A stretch of 64,000 bases of DNA, from assembly GCA_047285805.1 (NCBI GenBank), contig JBJBCN010000002.1, forward strand, positions 192,001 to 256,000, in the 5' to 3' direction. Below, piece after piece: positions 40,441-49,924 of the stretch. Source of the stretch: Synechococcus sp. Its GTDB lineage: Bacteria; Cyanobacteriota; Cyanobacteriia; PCC-6307; Cyanobiaceae. The position numbers and the translations under genes were made by a program. Under the pieces are notes generated by a model that did not search any database, was not told the origin of the DNA, and saw nothing but the letters and a program-made list of their open reading frames with translations. Within the stretch, counting starts at the first letter, position 1. Each line of letters begins with the position of its first letter.

Positions 40441-41664
40441 CTAAAGCCGCGCAATCAGCAGTTCAGCGAGTGATTCCGCGCTGCTCAGCGCGCCCTCGAT
40501 GCGCCCAGAGCCGTCCCCAGCCAGGCTGTCGCCGCAGAAGCCGATGGCGCTCCCCGGGCAGAGGCGATGGCTCGGGTCTAGTCCGGGAGGGGTTGGGAAG
40601 GCGGCCCCCCAGCGCATCAGTTGTGTTTGCGCTCCCGCCAGTGGCAGCCCCGTGAGATCGATGAGGGCGTCGTGCAGGGCATCGAGCACCTGGGCCTCAG
40701 CGGCGGGCGCGGGTTTGGCCCCCAGCAGTTGGGCGGCTGAGGAGCGTGAGCCGTAGACATCGAGATGGGCCGCGGCAAAGGCCAGGCTGGATTCCGCCAC
40801 CACGACACATCGTCCATCCGCGAGTGGTTGCACGCCGATGCGGCGCAATCCCCAACGCTCCTGTGCCGTAGGGGTGCATTGCAGAAGATCCCAGGGCATG
40901 GCCAGCCAAGACCGGGCAGTCTCTTGGGGAAGGGTCGCCAGAAGGTTGCAGCTGGCTTGAGCGTCGATCGAGGCCAGCTGCGCCTGGGCGGTGCTCAGTT
41001 GGGGGTCCGCGAGCTGCTGAGCGGCATGCGCCAGCGGGATCTCTGTCCAGCCAAAGACCTGCTGCCCGCGGGGATGGGCCAGAAGAGTTCCGCTCAGTAC
41101 AAGCCAGCGGGCCTCGACAACCGCTGCCCCCGAGGCGTCCTGCAGGGTCCAGGTCACACCTGCCTTGGATCGCTCCGGCTGCAGATGGCGCACGAGTGTC
41201 CCAAAGCGTCGGTTCAGTGCTCCTACCTGTTCGGCGGCCAGATCAAGCAGCCCTGCGCAAAGCCGGTCCATTCCCCCATCGCCCTGCCAGAGGCTTCCGT
41301 CACTGAAGCCATCTGCAATGGCCGGGCCGAGGCTGCGCTGCGCATCCAGGCTCTGAATGGATCCGGTAAAGGGGCGGATTGCCCCGCGTTGCTCGAGGGC
41401 CTTGACCAGGGCCGGCAGTGTCTGGGCGCGAATGTTGAAGAGCGGTGCTCCGTGGTTGATGCGTAGGCCGTCGTCCTGCCTGGAATAGCGGGTGGCGGCC
41501 CGTCCGCCGGGTCCCCGGCCGATCTCCAGCAGGTCGATGGACCCCGGCCAGCCGCGCTGACGCAGGCTGGCGGCGAGGGCGCAACCGGATACCCCAGCGC
41601 CAACGATGGCGAGATCAACGCGCGGGGTGGGTGAGGCCAACGGGAGCGACCAGGGCATGACCAT
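40441..41664 (-). CDS. Renalase-like FAD-dependent oxidoreductase
   Basis: GAGVSG, GPGGRAATR, HGAP, RWGAAFP and CGD...IEGALSS. Confidence 0.85.
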   Translation of the reverse strand: MVMPWSLPLASPTPRVDLAIVGAGVSGCALAASLRQRGWPGSIDLLEIGRGPGGRAATRYSRQDDGLRINHGAPLFNIRAQTLPALVKALEQRGAIRPFTGSIQSLDAQRSLGPAIADGFSDGSLWQGDGGMDRLCAGLLDLAAEQVGALNRRFGTLVRHLQPERSKAGVTWTLQDASGAAVVEARWLVLSGTLLAHPRGQQVFGWTEIPLAHAAQQLADPQLSTAQAQLASIDAQASCNLLATLPQETARSWLAMPWDLLQCTPTAQERWGLRRIGVQPLADGRCVVVAESSLAFAAAHLDVYGSRSSAAQLLGAKPAPAAEAQVLDALHDALIDLTGLPLAGAQTQLMRWGAAFPTPPGLDPSHRLCPGSAIGFCGDSLAGDGSGRIEGALSSAESLAELLIARL

Positions 41665-41699
41665 GCTGGGTCTTTGCTTGGGCTGTCGTGGTGGCAGGA

Positions 41700-42188
41700 A
41701 TGGATCTATCGATCACGGCCGCGGCGTTGCTGGAAGAAGAGGGGCGCGTTCGGGCGGCAGGGACCGGGATTCAGCCGACGGATCTGCTGGGGTGCTGGCA
41801 GTTGGAGCAGGTCTGGCCGAAGGGGGAGCGCCAGGCGGCCCAGTTCTCCGGTGTCCTGCTGCGGGGGCTGGCGGCGCAATTGGAAATCCAGATGCAGGAC
41901 GGGGCGCTGCAATTGCGCAACAGCGTTCGCCTTGGCGGGGTGGAGCTGTTTTTTGAGGGCCCGGGAGCACTGAAGGGGCGTCGCCCCCTGCTGCAATTCC
42001 AGTTCCTGCGCATGGGGTTGCGTGTCGCCAGCCGGCAGTGGTGGGGCCGTGCCCTACCCGCTCCGGCTCCCCAACGGATGCCCTTCTTTGCCTTGATTCA
42101 GCGTGATCCATCCGGTTGGCTGACGGCCCGAGGCCGGGGGGGTGGCCTCGCCCAATGGCGGCTGGCTCGCCAAGATGGGCCCAGTTGA
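41700..42188 (+). CDS. Conserved hypothetical protein (beta-rich)
   Basis: LLGCWQL...MPFFALI...ARGRGGGLAQW. Confidence 0.65.
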   Translation: MDLSITAAALLEEEGRVRAAGTGIQPTDLLGCWQLEQVWPKGERQAAQFSGVLLRGLAAQLEIQMQDGALQLRNSVRLGGVELFFEGPGALKGRRPLLQFQFLRMGLRVASRQWWGRALPAPAPQRMPFFALIQRDPSGWLTARGRGGGLAQWRLARQDGPS

Positions 42189-42202
42189 GCGCTGGATGGG
42201 CG

Positions 42203-42466
42203 ATGGGGTGCCCCCGCTGCGGGAGCTGGTCGGTGAAATCCGACCGAAGCCTGGGAGGCCGAATGGTTTGTGGTCGCTGCGGGACACCGCTTGATGGTGT
42301 CGCCCAGCGGGGCCGTGGTCCGATGCCGAGGTTGTCGGGCATGTCCCGTCAGCCTTGGCGGCTTGGCTTGATCGTCCTGGTGGTGTTCGCCGCACTGTTC
42401 GCCGCCTGGAATCCCCGCCAGCCGGTGCCCTCCCAACGCACCCCGGCCTCCCAGGGCTTCCTCTGA
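42203..42466 (+). CDS. Small Zn-ribbon membrane protein
   Basis: CPRC...CGRC plus a C-terminal TM. Confidence 0.65.
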   Translation: MGCPRCGSWSVKSDRSLGGRMVCGRCGTPLDGVAQRGRGPMPRLSGMSRQPWRLGLIVLVVFAALFAAWNPRQPVPSQRTPASQGFL

Positions 42467-42503
42467 TCGGTCAGGGTGGGGCCGCTGCTGCGCCCGCTGA
42501 TCG

Positions 42504-42893
42504 ATGGCCGATGCCCCTTATTTGATCGTTCTGGCTTTGCTGGAGCAGGGAGGGGAGCTGGCGATGCCCCTGCAGGGCAAGTCCTTGCGCGAGGCCCTGC
42601 CGGCAGGCGCGGACCCCGGCGAGGTGGGGCGTCAGCAGGCCTTGGATCTCCTGGTTCGGGTCTGGCAGCGCAGCGACCAGGGCGCCTTGCGTCGTGCCGC
42701 CGCGGAGCGGAGTTTGTTGCTGGTCACGGTTCCCATTGAGTCCTTGCAGGAGCAGCTCCCCGCCCTGAAGGCCCAATGGCTGAGTGACGGCGATACCGCG
42801 TCGTTGATCGCTGCCTTGAAAGAGCTTGGAGGTGGACTCTGGTCGCTGACCATGGACCATCGCCAGCCGCTGGTGTATCAGACGCTTGGGTAG
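42504..42893 (+). CDS. Conserved hypothetical protein
   Basis: PYLIVLAL...MPLQGKS...LLVRVWQRSDQG. Confidence 0.7.
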   Translation: MADAPYLIVLALLEQGGELAMPLQGKSLREALPAGADPGEVGRQQALDLLVRVWQRSDQGALRRAAAERSLLLVTVPIESLQEQLPALKAQWLSDGDTASLIAALKELGGGLWSLTMDHRQPLVYQTLG

Positions 42894-42897
42894 ACGT

Positions 42898-43113
42898 TCA
42901 GTTGTATTCGCCGGGCACGTCGTTCTTATGGACGGTCACCCGGTCGAATTTCTTGCCTGAGACCCGTAGCAGTTCATCGCCGGAGAACTCGAAGCCCAGC
43001 TTCAGTCCGATCTGGGCGACGTCATCAGCGGTCGCGGCGGCCAGCACTTGCTGCTTTAGGGGATCATCGGCTTGCAGCCGGGCCAGGAACGCCTTGAGTT
43101 GATCGAGCGACAT
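42898..43113 (-). CDS. Nif11-like leader domain protein
   Basis: MSLDQLKAFL..LQAD..LK...A..ADDV..I...GFEFS.DEL. Confidence 0.8.
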   Translation of the reverse strand: MSLDQLKAFLARLQADDPLKQQVLAAATADDVAQIGLKLGFEFSGDELLRVSGKKFDRVTVHKNDVPGEYN

Positions 43114-43148
43114 GGCAGCGCCGATGGGCGCCACAGTCTCCCAGAGCC

Positions 43149-43637
43149 TCAGAGCCAGTGATGCGGGTAGTGCTCTTCTCCCGGCTGCGGGCGGCTGTAG
43201 GCCACGGCGACCAGCATCATCACGAGTGAGCCACTGAGCACGGGCATCCAGATGAACCCGGCCTGCGCCTTAAGCAGGACCCCCAGCAAGGCCACCGCCC
43301 CGGCCGGTGGATGCAGGCAACGCAGCACTTGCCCCAGCACAATGTCCACACCCATCACCCAGGGGCCATCGCCGAAAGCCATGACGCAGCTGACGCTGAC
43401 CGCGGCGGCCACGCTGTTGCCGAACACCACATTCCGCGGTTGCGCCAAGGGGCTTGATGGGTGGCCGAAGAGCAGCACCGTCGAAGCTCCGAAGGGGGCC
43501 ACGACTAGGTGGTAGTTGCTCCAGAGACTGATCAGGCTGAGGGCCCTGATCGCGAGGAGGGGCCAATCCAGGCTCCGATGACTTGCCGCTGCTGGAAGCG
43601 GGGCTGTTAGTCCCGTCCCCGTTGACGCTCCGCCCAT
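43149..43637 (-). CDS. HPP family membrane protein, possibly degenerate
   Basis: APFGAS, SPLAQPRN and HPPAGA; N-terminus atypical. Confidence 0.7.
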   Translation of the reverse strand: MGGASTGTGLTAPLPAAASHRSLDWPLLAIRALSLISLWSNYHLVVAPFGASTVLLFGHPSSPLAQPRNVVFGNSVAAAVSVSCVMAFGDGPWVMGVDIVLGQVLRCLHPPAGAVALLGVLLKAQAGFIWMPVLSGSLVMMLVAVAYSRPQPGEEHYPHHWL

Positions 43638-43661
43638 ATCCTCTTCCAGACCATCTGCTCC

Positions 43662-44345
43662 TCAGTGCAGATAGGGATCCAGGAAGGCCAGCGGGCGATT
43701 CATGGTGGCCGAGAAGCCCAGCATCCCTGCGTCGCGGTGCTGATAGAGCAGGGCGTCGTCGGCGTCCAACAGGAAGGTGGCGCCCCGTTGGGTGATGAAG
43801 TCATCACGGGGCACGTAGGTGCGCCATTTCCCAAGCACCTCGGTCATGTTCCGCAGCCGCACCGTGGCCAGCTCAAAGGGGCGCTGGAATCCATCCCCAC
43901 CCGCCAAGCGGAAGAGCGGACTGTCGAAGCGTTGCGGTGCGGAGCGATCGCCGGCGTAACCGCGAAAGACCTCGCTCAGGGTCCCCGGAGAACCAATACC
44001 GGCGCACATCAACAGCAAACCAGGCCAAGGGCCGCCTGGGGTTTGCAGGCCGGCATAGAGGCCCAGGGCGCGATGCAGCCTCGGTTCAGCCTCCACCCTG
44101 AGATGCGCCCGGGGGAAGCCCGTGAATTGGCAGAACCGCTCAGCGCCAGCCTCATCGCCGATGCCGATCGCCAGCAGCTGGATGCTGGCTTGCTGCAGCT
44201 TGGGTAGGGCAGGGACAATGGACTGGGCGTATTCCAGTGAATCGAAATCACCGAGCTGGCTCATCAGGATGACCAGCCGTTTCGAGCCGGACTCCATCCC
44301 GGGGATCAAGCGGAGGTTGTCCAGCAGGACGTCGGGGGCGTTCAT
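43662..44345 (-). CDS. AhpC/TSA-like (peroxiredoxin-like) protein
   Basis: QLGDFDSLEYA, FQRPFELATVRL and TQRGATF. Confidence 0.75.
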   Translation of the reverse strand: MNAPDVLLDNLRLIPGMESGSKRLVILMSQLGDFDSLEYAQSIVPALPKLQQASIQLLAIGIGDEAGAERFCQFTGFPRAHLRVEAEPRLHRALGLYAGLQTPGGPWPGLLLMCAGIGSPGTLSEVFRGYAGDRSAPQRFDSPLFRLAGGDGFQRPFELATVRLRNMTEVLGKWRTYVPRDDFITQRGATFLLDADDALLYQHRDAGMLGFSATMNRPLAFLDPYLH

Positions 44346-44658
44346 GGGGAGGAGACGTTCGTCTCAACGTCTCCTCAGCCTCGCTGATGGGTGGGGCGAG
44401 ATGCACCTCGCCCTTGTTGAGGCGCGTCTGACGGAGAGAGCAGCCTCAATCCAGTGATGCCATCAATCGCGGCGGCTGGCTACGACTTTTTTTGCCGTCA
44501 CGAACTGGCGAAGTCCAAAAAAATCCGCTGGTCAGCTGACCGGCGGAGGTGTGTCTCTTCGTCAAAAGCGCAGAACCTTCCTAGGAACGCGACCTGCACG
44601 GACGCCATAGGTATTCGCTTCCGCTGCAGACTGGTGCGGAATGGCCCACTCGTCCCTG

Positions 44659-45075
44659 ATGTCTCCAGAACCGGGCCGGGCGAAGCGTGTCTCGATCACC
44701 CTGCCTCCAGATCTCTACGAGCGCCTCGCGGCCTTGGCGGAGGCGGATCGTCGCTCGGTCGCCAGCTGGGCGGCGGTTCAATTGGAGTTGGCCGTCATCG
44801 AAGCGGAGGAGAAGCTCCGGCAGGGCTGCAACTTGAAAGAGCGCCTGGCGGATGAGAGCCAGCGCTTTACGGCTTGGTACCGAGATGACTCCCTCGCCGA
44901 GCGGACCGTGAGTTCACCGATTCACCACAATGTCCAACAAACGAGGCCTGGAGATGCGTCGTCAGCGGTGGCTGCTCTTGATCGCAGCACTAGCCTTGTC
45001 TCGGAAGTCTGCTGCTTTGGATCGCTGAGATGGATGTCGGGATCGAAGAGTCCCTACCCCCCCAGGCCCCAGTAG
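44659..45075 (+). CDS. Ribbon-helix-helix (CopG/Arc-like) DNA-binding protein
   Basis: RVSITLPPDLYERLAALAEADRRSVAS; the C-terminal extension is doubtful. Confidence 0.7.
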   Translation: MSPEPGRAKRVSITLPPDLYERLAALAEADRRSVASWAAVQLELAVIEAEEKLRQGCNLKERLADESQRFTAWYRDDSLAERTVSSPIHHNVQQTRPGDASSAVAALDRSTSLVSEVCCFGSLRWMSGSKSPYPPRPQ

Positions 45076-45091
45076 CTGCTCCCTCCAACCC

Positions 45092-45499
45092 ATGACGTTT
45101 CTCGTCTCCCAGTTCCTCCTGGTCTTCACTCTCGGCCTGTTCCACCTGGTCGGGCCGCTGCCCGCGGATCTGGGGGTTCAAAGCGGTTCGCTTGCCCCTT
45201 GCCCCAGTCCGGCCCATTGTGCACGGGTGGATTGGGAGCAGAACGACCCCCAAGCTGCCTTGGACGCGCTGGTGCCCATCATCGCGGCCACGCCGCGCAC
45301 CGAGATCGTGGAGCAGGGCAATGGCTACCTGCACGCGACAGCCAGCAGCGCGCTCTTTGGTTTTGTTGACGATCTGGAGCTTTACGCCGACCCCAGCCGT
45401 GGCGTTCTTCAGGCCCGTTCGGTGTCGCGCCTGGGCGATTCCGACCTCGGGGTGAATGCCCGTCGCCTGCAGGCGCTAGCGGATCAGCTCAAGGATTGA
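45092..45499 (+). CDS. DUF1499 family protein
   Basis: LAPCPSPAHC, FGFVDDLE and SRLGDSDLGVNARR. Confidence 0.85.
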   Translation: MTFLVSQFLLVFTLGLFHLVGPLPADLGVQSGSLAPCPSPAHCARVDWEQNDPQAALDALVPIIAATPRTEIVEQGNGYLHATASSALFGFVDDLELYADPSRGVLQARSVSRLGDSDLGVNARRLQALADQLKD

Positions 45500-46055
45500 G
45501 GCGTTCCTCGAGCCAGCCCTGCTCCCGCCGCCACCGCTGGCGTTGGTGAGGGTGGCCGGTGAGCTCCAGGAGCTCGACCTGCTCGAGCTCAATCCGCACC
45601 AGTTCAAAGCTCTCGGGTTGCGGGACCTCATCGCCGAGGGCCTCGGGGAAGTGGCCCGCGGGTTTGAAGGCGGCCCCTGGCTGGGGCCAGCCCCAGAGGC
45701 TGCGCGCTCCGGGCTGGAGTTGTTGCCAGTGGTGGGCGCGGGCGTTCTGATCGCTCGCGGCGTTCAGGCTCAGGCGATGGCCCCGCAGCCGAAATTGCGA
45801 TCTCGCCTTGGGCAGCAGCCAGCAGAGCTCAACCCTGGGTTCTCGAATGAGTTCAGCGCTTTTCTCGCTGCGGCGATCCGTCAGCAGATCCAGCTGGGCC
45901 GGGCCGCCCCAGCCACGGAAGACCAGGGTTCGCACTCGCGGCGCTCCATCGCAGCCCAGGGTGGCCAACTGCAGCCAGCGGGACTGGGGGGAACGACCCT
46001 CCCGCTGGCGGGCGCCGCGCAGCAATTGCCTCCAGGGGGGTAGGGCTTCCGTCAT
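45489..46055 (-). CDS. Pyridoxamine 5'-phosphate oxidase-related FMN-binding protein
   Basis: QLAT...PRVRTLVFRG, TDRRSEK and QFRLRG. Confidence 0.85.
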   Translation of the reverse strand: MTEALPPWRQLLRGARQREGRSPQSRWLQLATLGCDGAPRVRTLVFRGWGGPAQLDLLTDRRSEKSAELIREPRVELCWLLPKARSQFRLRGHRLSLNAASDQNARAHHWQQLQPGARSLWGWPQPGAAFKPAGHFPEALGDEVPQPESFELVRIELEQVELLELTGHPHQRQRWRREQGWLEERLNP

Positions 46056-46438
46056 GCTCCTGGTTCGCAGCGGTAGCGGGCGACCTCCCCACCGCCGCGT
46101 TTGCGCTCCGCGAAGTCCGGATGGTCAGGATCGGCGGCCTGCCACCACCAGTGCCCATCCGTGTAGCTCGGGGCGCCGGCGTTGTTGGTGCGGGGCAGCT
46201 GCAGGCTGACGCTGCGCCAGGCGATCACGACAAAGGCACCGGGTACGGTTCCGCCGGCTGTGTTGGGGATCTCGGTGGCGTCCACGGCCCCTTGGTGCAG
46301 CTCCGCCGTCAACGGGTCTCCCTCGCAGACGTACCGCGCCGCATCGGCGGGCAGGGGCAGCAGCACCAGCAGCAGCGCCAATCCCAGGTTCAGCAATGCG
46401 GTCACGGCAGGGGCAGAGCGGTGTTCAGGATGGCGCAA
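46052..46438 (-). CDS. Secreted hypothetical protein
   Basis: Signal peptide; YVC...LQLPRTNNAG.PSYTDG.WWW...C. Confidence 0.6.
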   Translation of the reverse strand: MRHPEHRSAPAVTALLNLGLALLLVLLPLPADAARYVCEGDPLTAELHQGAVDATEIPNTAGGTVPGAFVVIAWRSVSLQLPRTNNAGAPSYTDGHWWWQAADPDHPDFAERKRGGGEVARYRCEPGA

Positions 46439-46848
46439 TGAGCCTTACCCTCGTCTACGACGGCGGTTGTCCGTTTTGCCGCCACTTCGCCCTGCGAAGC
46501 GAGCTGGTCGGCGGGCTCCCCGATCTGGTGATCCGCGATGGCCGGGCTGAGGACGGGCTGCGGGCCCAGTTGAAGCAACGGGGCCTGGACCTGGCACGGG
46601 GTGCCGTCCTGCTCGAGGGAGACCAGGCCTGGCATGGGGCTGAGGCCATCGCCCAACTCTGCGGTCGGCTTCGTCCGAGCGATCCCCTTTTGGCGCTACT
46701 GCGCCAACTCTTTGCCGCACCGCCCCAGGCCAGGCGCCTCTACCCACTACTGCTTTGGGCCCGTCGTCAAGCCCTGCATTGGCAGGGGCTCTTCGAGGAC
46801 CCCGATCAATCTTCCATGGTTGATCGCCGCGGGCCCTACGGTCGTTGA
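46438..46848 (+). CDS. DCC1-like thiol-disulfide oxidoreductase (DUF393)
   Basis: LVYDGGCPFC motif. Confidence 0.8.
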   Translation: MSLTLVYDGGCPFCRHFALRSELVGGLPDLVIRDGRAEDGLRAQLKQRGLDLARGAVLLEGDQAWHGAEAIAQLCGRLRPSDPLLALLRQLFAAPPQARRLYPLLLWARRQALHWQGLFEDPDQSSMVDRRGPYGR

Positions 46849-47909
46849 ACGCCCCACGCCCAGGCATGCAAGACGTCGTCCAGGCCTATTACGGCAAGGA
46901 ACTCCAGAGCACCGCTGACCTGAAGACCAGTGCCTGCTGCGATGCCGATGCGGTGCCGGATTGGTTGAAGCCCCTGCTCAGTCGGGTCCATCCGGAAGTC
47001 AGCAGTCGCTACTATGGCTGCGGCCTGGTTTGTCCGCTGCTGCTGAAAGGCTGCCGTGTCCTTGACCTAGGCAGCGGCAGTGGTCGCGATGTCTATCTGC
47101 TCTCCCAGTTGGTGGGGGCCGGCGGCGAGGTGGTCGGTGTGGACATGACCCCAGAGCAGCTCGCGGTGGCTCGGGAGTACCTCCCCTTCCACGCCGAGCA
47201 ATTCGGTTACGCCAATGTCAGCTTCCTCGAGGGCCAGATCGAGCGTCTCGAGGAGCTCGACCTGGAGCCCGGCAGCTTTGACGTCATCGTCAGCAACTGT
47301 GTTCTGAATCTCTCCACCGACAAGCCCGCTGTCTTACGCGGCATTCAGCGGCTGCTCAAGCCCGGCGGCGAGTTCTATTTCTCTGACGTCTACGTCGATC
47401 GACGCCTGCCGGAAGCGGTGCAAAGCCATCCGGTGCTCTATGGCGAATGCCTTGGCGGCGCGCTCTACTGGAATGACTTCCTGCGGATGGCCCGCGGGGC
47501 GGCTTTCACGGATCCGCGTCTGGTGAGCGATCGGCCGCTGGAGATCACCGAGCCCCAACTAGCGGCGTTGGTGGGGGAGGCCCGCTTTTATTCGGCGACC
47601 TACCGGCTCTTCAACATCCCCGAACTCGAGGACGCCTGTGAAGACCACGGTCAGGCTGTCCTCTACCGGGGCTCCATCGACCAGGCGCCCACCCGCCTGG
47701 CGTTCGACAAACACCACAGCATCGAAGTCGACAAGGTCTTCCCGGTTTGCGGCAACACCTATCGGATGCTGTCCCAGACCCGTTTCGCCCCCCACTTCCA
47801 GTTCATTGGTAATTTCGAGCGTCACTTCGGCCTCTTTGAAGGCTGTGGTTCAGCGATTCCCTTTGATCAGGACCGTGCGGTGCGCGGAGCAGCCGCCAGC
47901 TGCTGCTGA
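46845..47909 (+). CDS. ArsM-like SAM methyltransferase
   Basis: LKTSACC, YGCG, LDLGSGSG, SNCV, GECLGG and C-terminal CC. Confidence 0.8.
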   Translation: MNAPRPGMQDVVQAYYGKELQSTADLKTSACCDADAVPDWLKPLLSRVHPEVSSRYYGCGLVCPLLLKGCRVLDLGSGSGRDVYLLSQLVGAGGEVVGVDMTPEQLAVAREYLPFHAEQFGYANVSFLEGQIERLEELDLEPGSFDVIVSNCVLNLSTDKPAVLRGIQRLLKPGGEFYFSDVYVDRRLPEAVQSHPVLYGECLGGALYWNDFLRMARGAAFTDPRLVSDRPLEITEPQLAALVGEARFYSATYRLFNIPELEDACEDHGQAVLYRGSIDQAPTRLAFDKHHSIEVDKVFPVCGNTYRMLSQTRFAPHFQFIGNFERHFGLFEGCGSAIPFDQDRAVRGAAASCC

Positions 47910-48742
47910 TGGCCGCCGCGCCGGGGCCCTTCAGCGTCAATGAGCGTTGCATTGACTGCGGCACCTGCTGGCAATTCGATCCTCTGCACTTCGCCCCCAC
48001 CGGCCGCTGCGCCGAGGTCATTCGCCAGCCCGAGGGGGCGGCGGAAACGCATCAGGCTCTGTTGGCCCTGCAGGCCTGTCCGGTGGCGGCTATCGGCACG
48101 ACAGCGGAGTTGCGGCGGCTGACCCCAAGCGATGGCTTTCCTGCTCTGGTCACCCGCCATGCAGCTGGAGAGGTCTACTACTGCGGCTGGGCGTCACGCC
48201 GCAGTTTCGGGGCCAGCAGCTGGCTCGTGGTTCGGCCCGAAGGCAACGTCCTGATCGATTCGCCCCGTTGGAGTGCTCCCTTGGCTCGGCGCATCGCTGC
48301 CTTGGGCGGGCTTGCAGCCCTGGTGTTCACCCATCGCGACGACGTGGCCGACCACCAGCGCTGGGCCAAGGCTTTTGGTTGCAGCCGTTGGATTCACCAG
48401 GCCGACGCCGATGCTGCGCCAGACACGGAGCATCGGGTCCCGGGATCCGATGCGGTCACCCTCGATGGGGCGTTGCAGTTGATTCCCTGCTCTGGCCACA
48501 CGGCTGGGTCGATGTCGGTCCTCTTGGGCGAACACCGCTCGGTGCTCTTCAGTGGTGATCACCTCTGGTGGCGCCCTGAACAAGCGGTGCTGGTGGCTTC
48601 GGAGCGTTATTGCTGGTGGGATTTCCAGGAGCAGCTCCGCTCGGTGGAGCGCTTGCAGGAGCTGGATGTGACCTGGCTGCTCCCCAGCCACGGCCACGCC
48701 CACGCGTTTGCTCCCGCTGAGTGGCGCGCCGCTGTCCAGTAG
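47909..48742 (+). CDS. Ferredoxin-MBL-fold hydrolase fusion
   Basis: CIDCGTC...ACP; THRDDVADH, GHT and GDH. Confidence 0.82.
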   Translation: MAAAPGPFSVNERCIDCGTCWQFDPLHFAPTGRCAEVIRQPEGAAETHQALLALQACPVAAIGTTAELRRLTPSDGFPALVTRHAAGEVYYCGWASRRSFGASSWLVVRPEGNVLIDSPRWSAPLARRIAALGGLAALVFTHRDDVADHQRWAKAFGCSRWIHQADADAAPDTEHRVPGSDAVTLDGALQLIPCSGHTAGSMSVLLGEHRSVLFSGDHLWWRPEQAVLVASERYCWWDFQEQLRSVERLQELDVTWLLPSHGHAHAFAPAEWRAAVQ

Positions 48743-48752
48743 ACCTTGGCCT

Positions 48753-48926
48753 TTAACCGAAAAAGCCCTTGCTGTTGAGCCAGAGCCCCAAGCCCAGCAT
48801 CGGTACGAAGACAGCTCCAGCGATCTGAAGCTTGATCCGCGTAGCCGAGGGCTCCGCCTGGACCGGCTTGGCGGCTGCTTTGGCTTTGATCTTGGCTTTG
48901 GCCACGGTCTGGTTGCTGCGTTGCAT
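48753..48926 (-). CDS. Small single-TM protein
   Basis: Basic N-terminus plus a C-terminal TM; directly downstream of proX. Confidence 0.5.
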   Translation of the reverse strand: MQRSNQTVAKAKIKAKAAAKPVQAEPSATRIKLQIAGAVFVPMLGLGLWLNSKGFFG

Positions 48927-48937
48927 TGCGCTCTCTT

Positions 48938-49924
48938 CTACCGGTCCGTGGCTCCTCCCCGGGAACCGATCTCCCCTGTCACCCAATAACGCACCCGCTC
49001 GGGATGGCTCTGGAGGTAGAAATCGACCGCGGTTTGGGCCGTTCCCTGATGGGCTTGCAGGAGGACCGCGGCCAGCTCCGTATCAGGAATCCGGAAGCGC
49101 GTCAGGAAGTCCGTCACCGAAGGGGCGATGGCACTGAGGTCTTGGCGGCCGACGGCGTGGATCCATTCCGTCCCCCCAAAGGCCCGTTTGGGATCCTCAA
49201 GAAAGCGCAGCTTGTAGCGGGCGAACATCCAGTGGGGCGTCCAGCTGGTGACGATCAGCCAACGCTGCTCACGGATGGCCTGGTCCAGCACAGCAGTCAT
49301 CGCGGCACTGCTGGAGGCCATGAGGCGCATGTCCCCAAGGCCGTAGTCCTTCAGGGCGACTTGGGAGAGTTGATTGAGGCCTGAGCCGGGATCGATTCCC
49401 TGAACGTGGTTGTTGAAGCGTGCGGCGACCGAGGGTTGGCGCAAGTCGGCGATGCTCCTGAGGACTTGGGGGTCGACATAGTCTGGGACGACCCAGCCCA
49501 AGCGACCGGAGTACATCGGACCGAGGTCCAGGACCCGATCCCGGACCCGCTTCCAGTAGTCCTGATGGGTCAAGGGCAACCAGGCCATCAACATCAAATC
49601 CAGATCGCCTCGGGCCACGGAGGCGTATTGGATGCCGATGTCGGCCAGCACCCGCTCCACAGGCCAATCGAGGTGGGTCTCAATCAGCTGCTTGGCCATC
49701 AGGCTGATGACTTCGGCATCCGCCCAGGGCGACCAGCCCAGGCGCAAGGGGCGACGTGAGACTCCCCCTCCCGTTGGCTGCGCTGGAGGACCAGACCCTG
49801 TCTGGCTGGGCTCAGGCGCCCCTGGGCGCCGGCTCAACTGGACCATGCTGGCCAGGGACAGTCCGGCGACCCCCAGTCCTGCGGTGAGTGCCGCACGCCG
49901 CGTCAGCCGTGGTGCGTCACTCAT
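48938..49924 (-). CDS. proX: Glycine betaine ABC transporter binding protein
   Basis: Tat-like TRR; AWLP.TH, GIDPGSG and W.PHWMF. Confidence 0.9.
   Translation of the reverse strand: MSDAPRLTRRAALTAGLGVAGLSLASMVQLSRRPGAPEPSQTGSGPPAQPTGGGVSRRPLRLGWSPWADAEVISLMAKQLIETHLDWPVERVLADIGIQYASVARGDLDLMLMAWLPLTHQDYWKRVRDRVLDLGPMYSGRLGWVVPDYVDPQVLRSIADLRQPSVAARFNNHVQGIDPGSGLNQLSQVALKDYGLGDMRLMASSSAAMTAVLDQAIREQRWLIVTSWTPHWMFARYKLRFLEDPKRAFGGTEWIHAVGRQDLSAIAPSVTDFLTRFRIPDTELAAVLLQAHQGTAQTAVDFYLQSHPERVRYWVTGEIGSRGGATDR

Noticed and set aside
42898..43113. Prochlorosin/lanthipeptide precursor
   Set aside because: No GG cleavage site, no Cys in the tail and no LanM or other RiPP enzyme nearby.
47900..47912. 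Selenocysteine readthrough at CC-TGA
   Set aside because: The TGA overlaps the next ATG (ordinary coupling); no evident SECIS.
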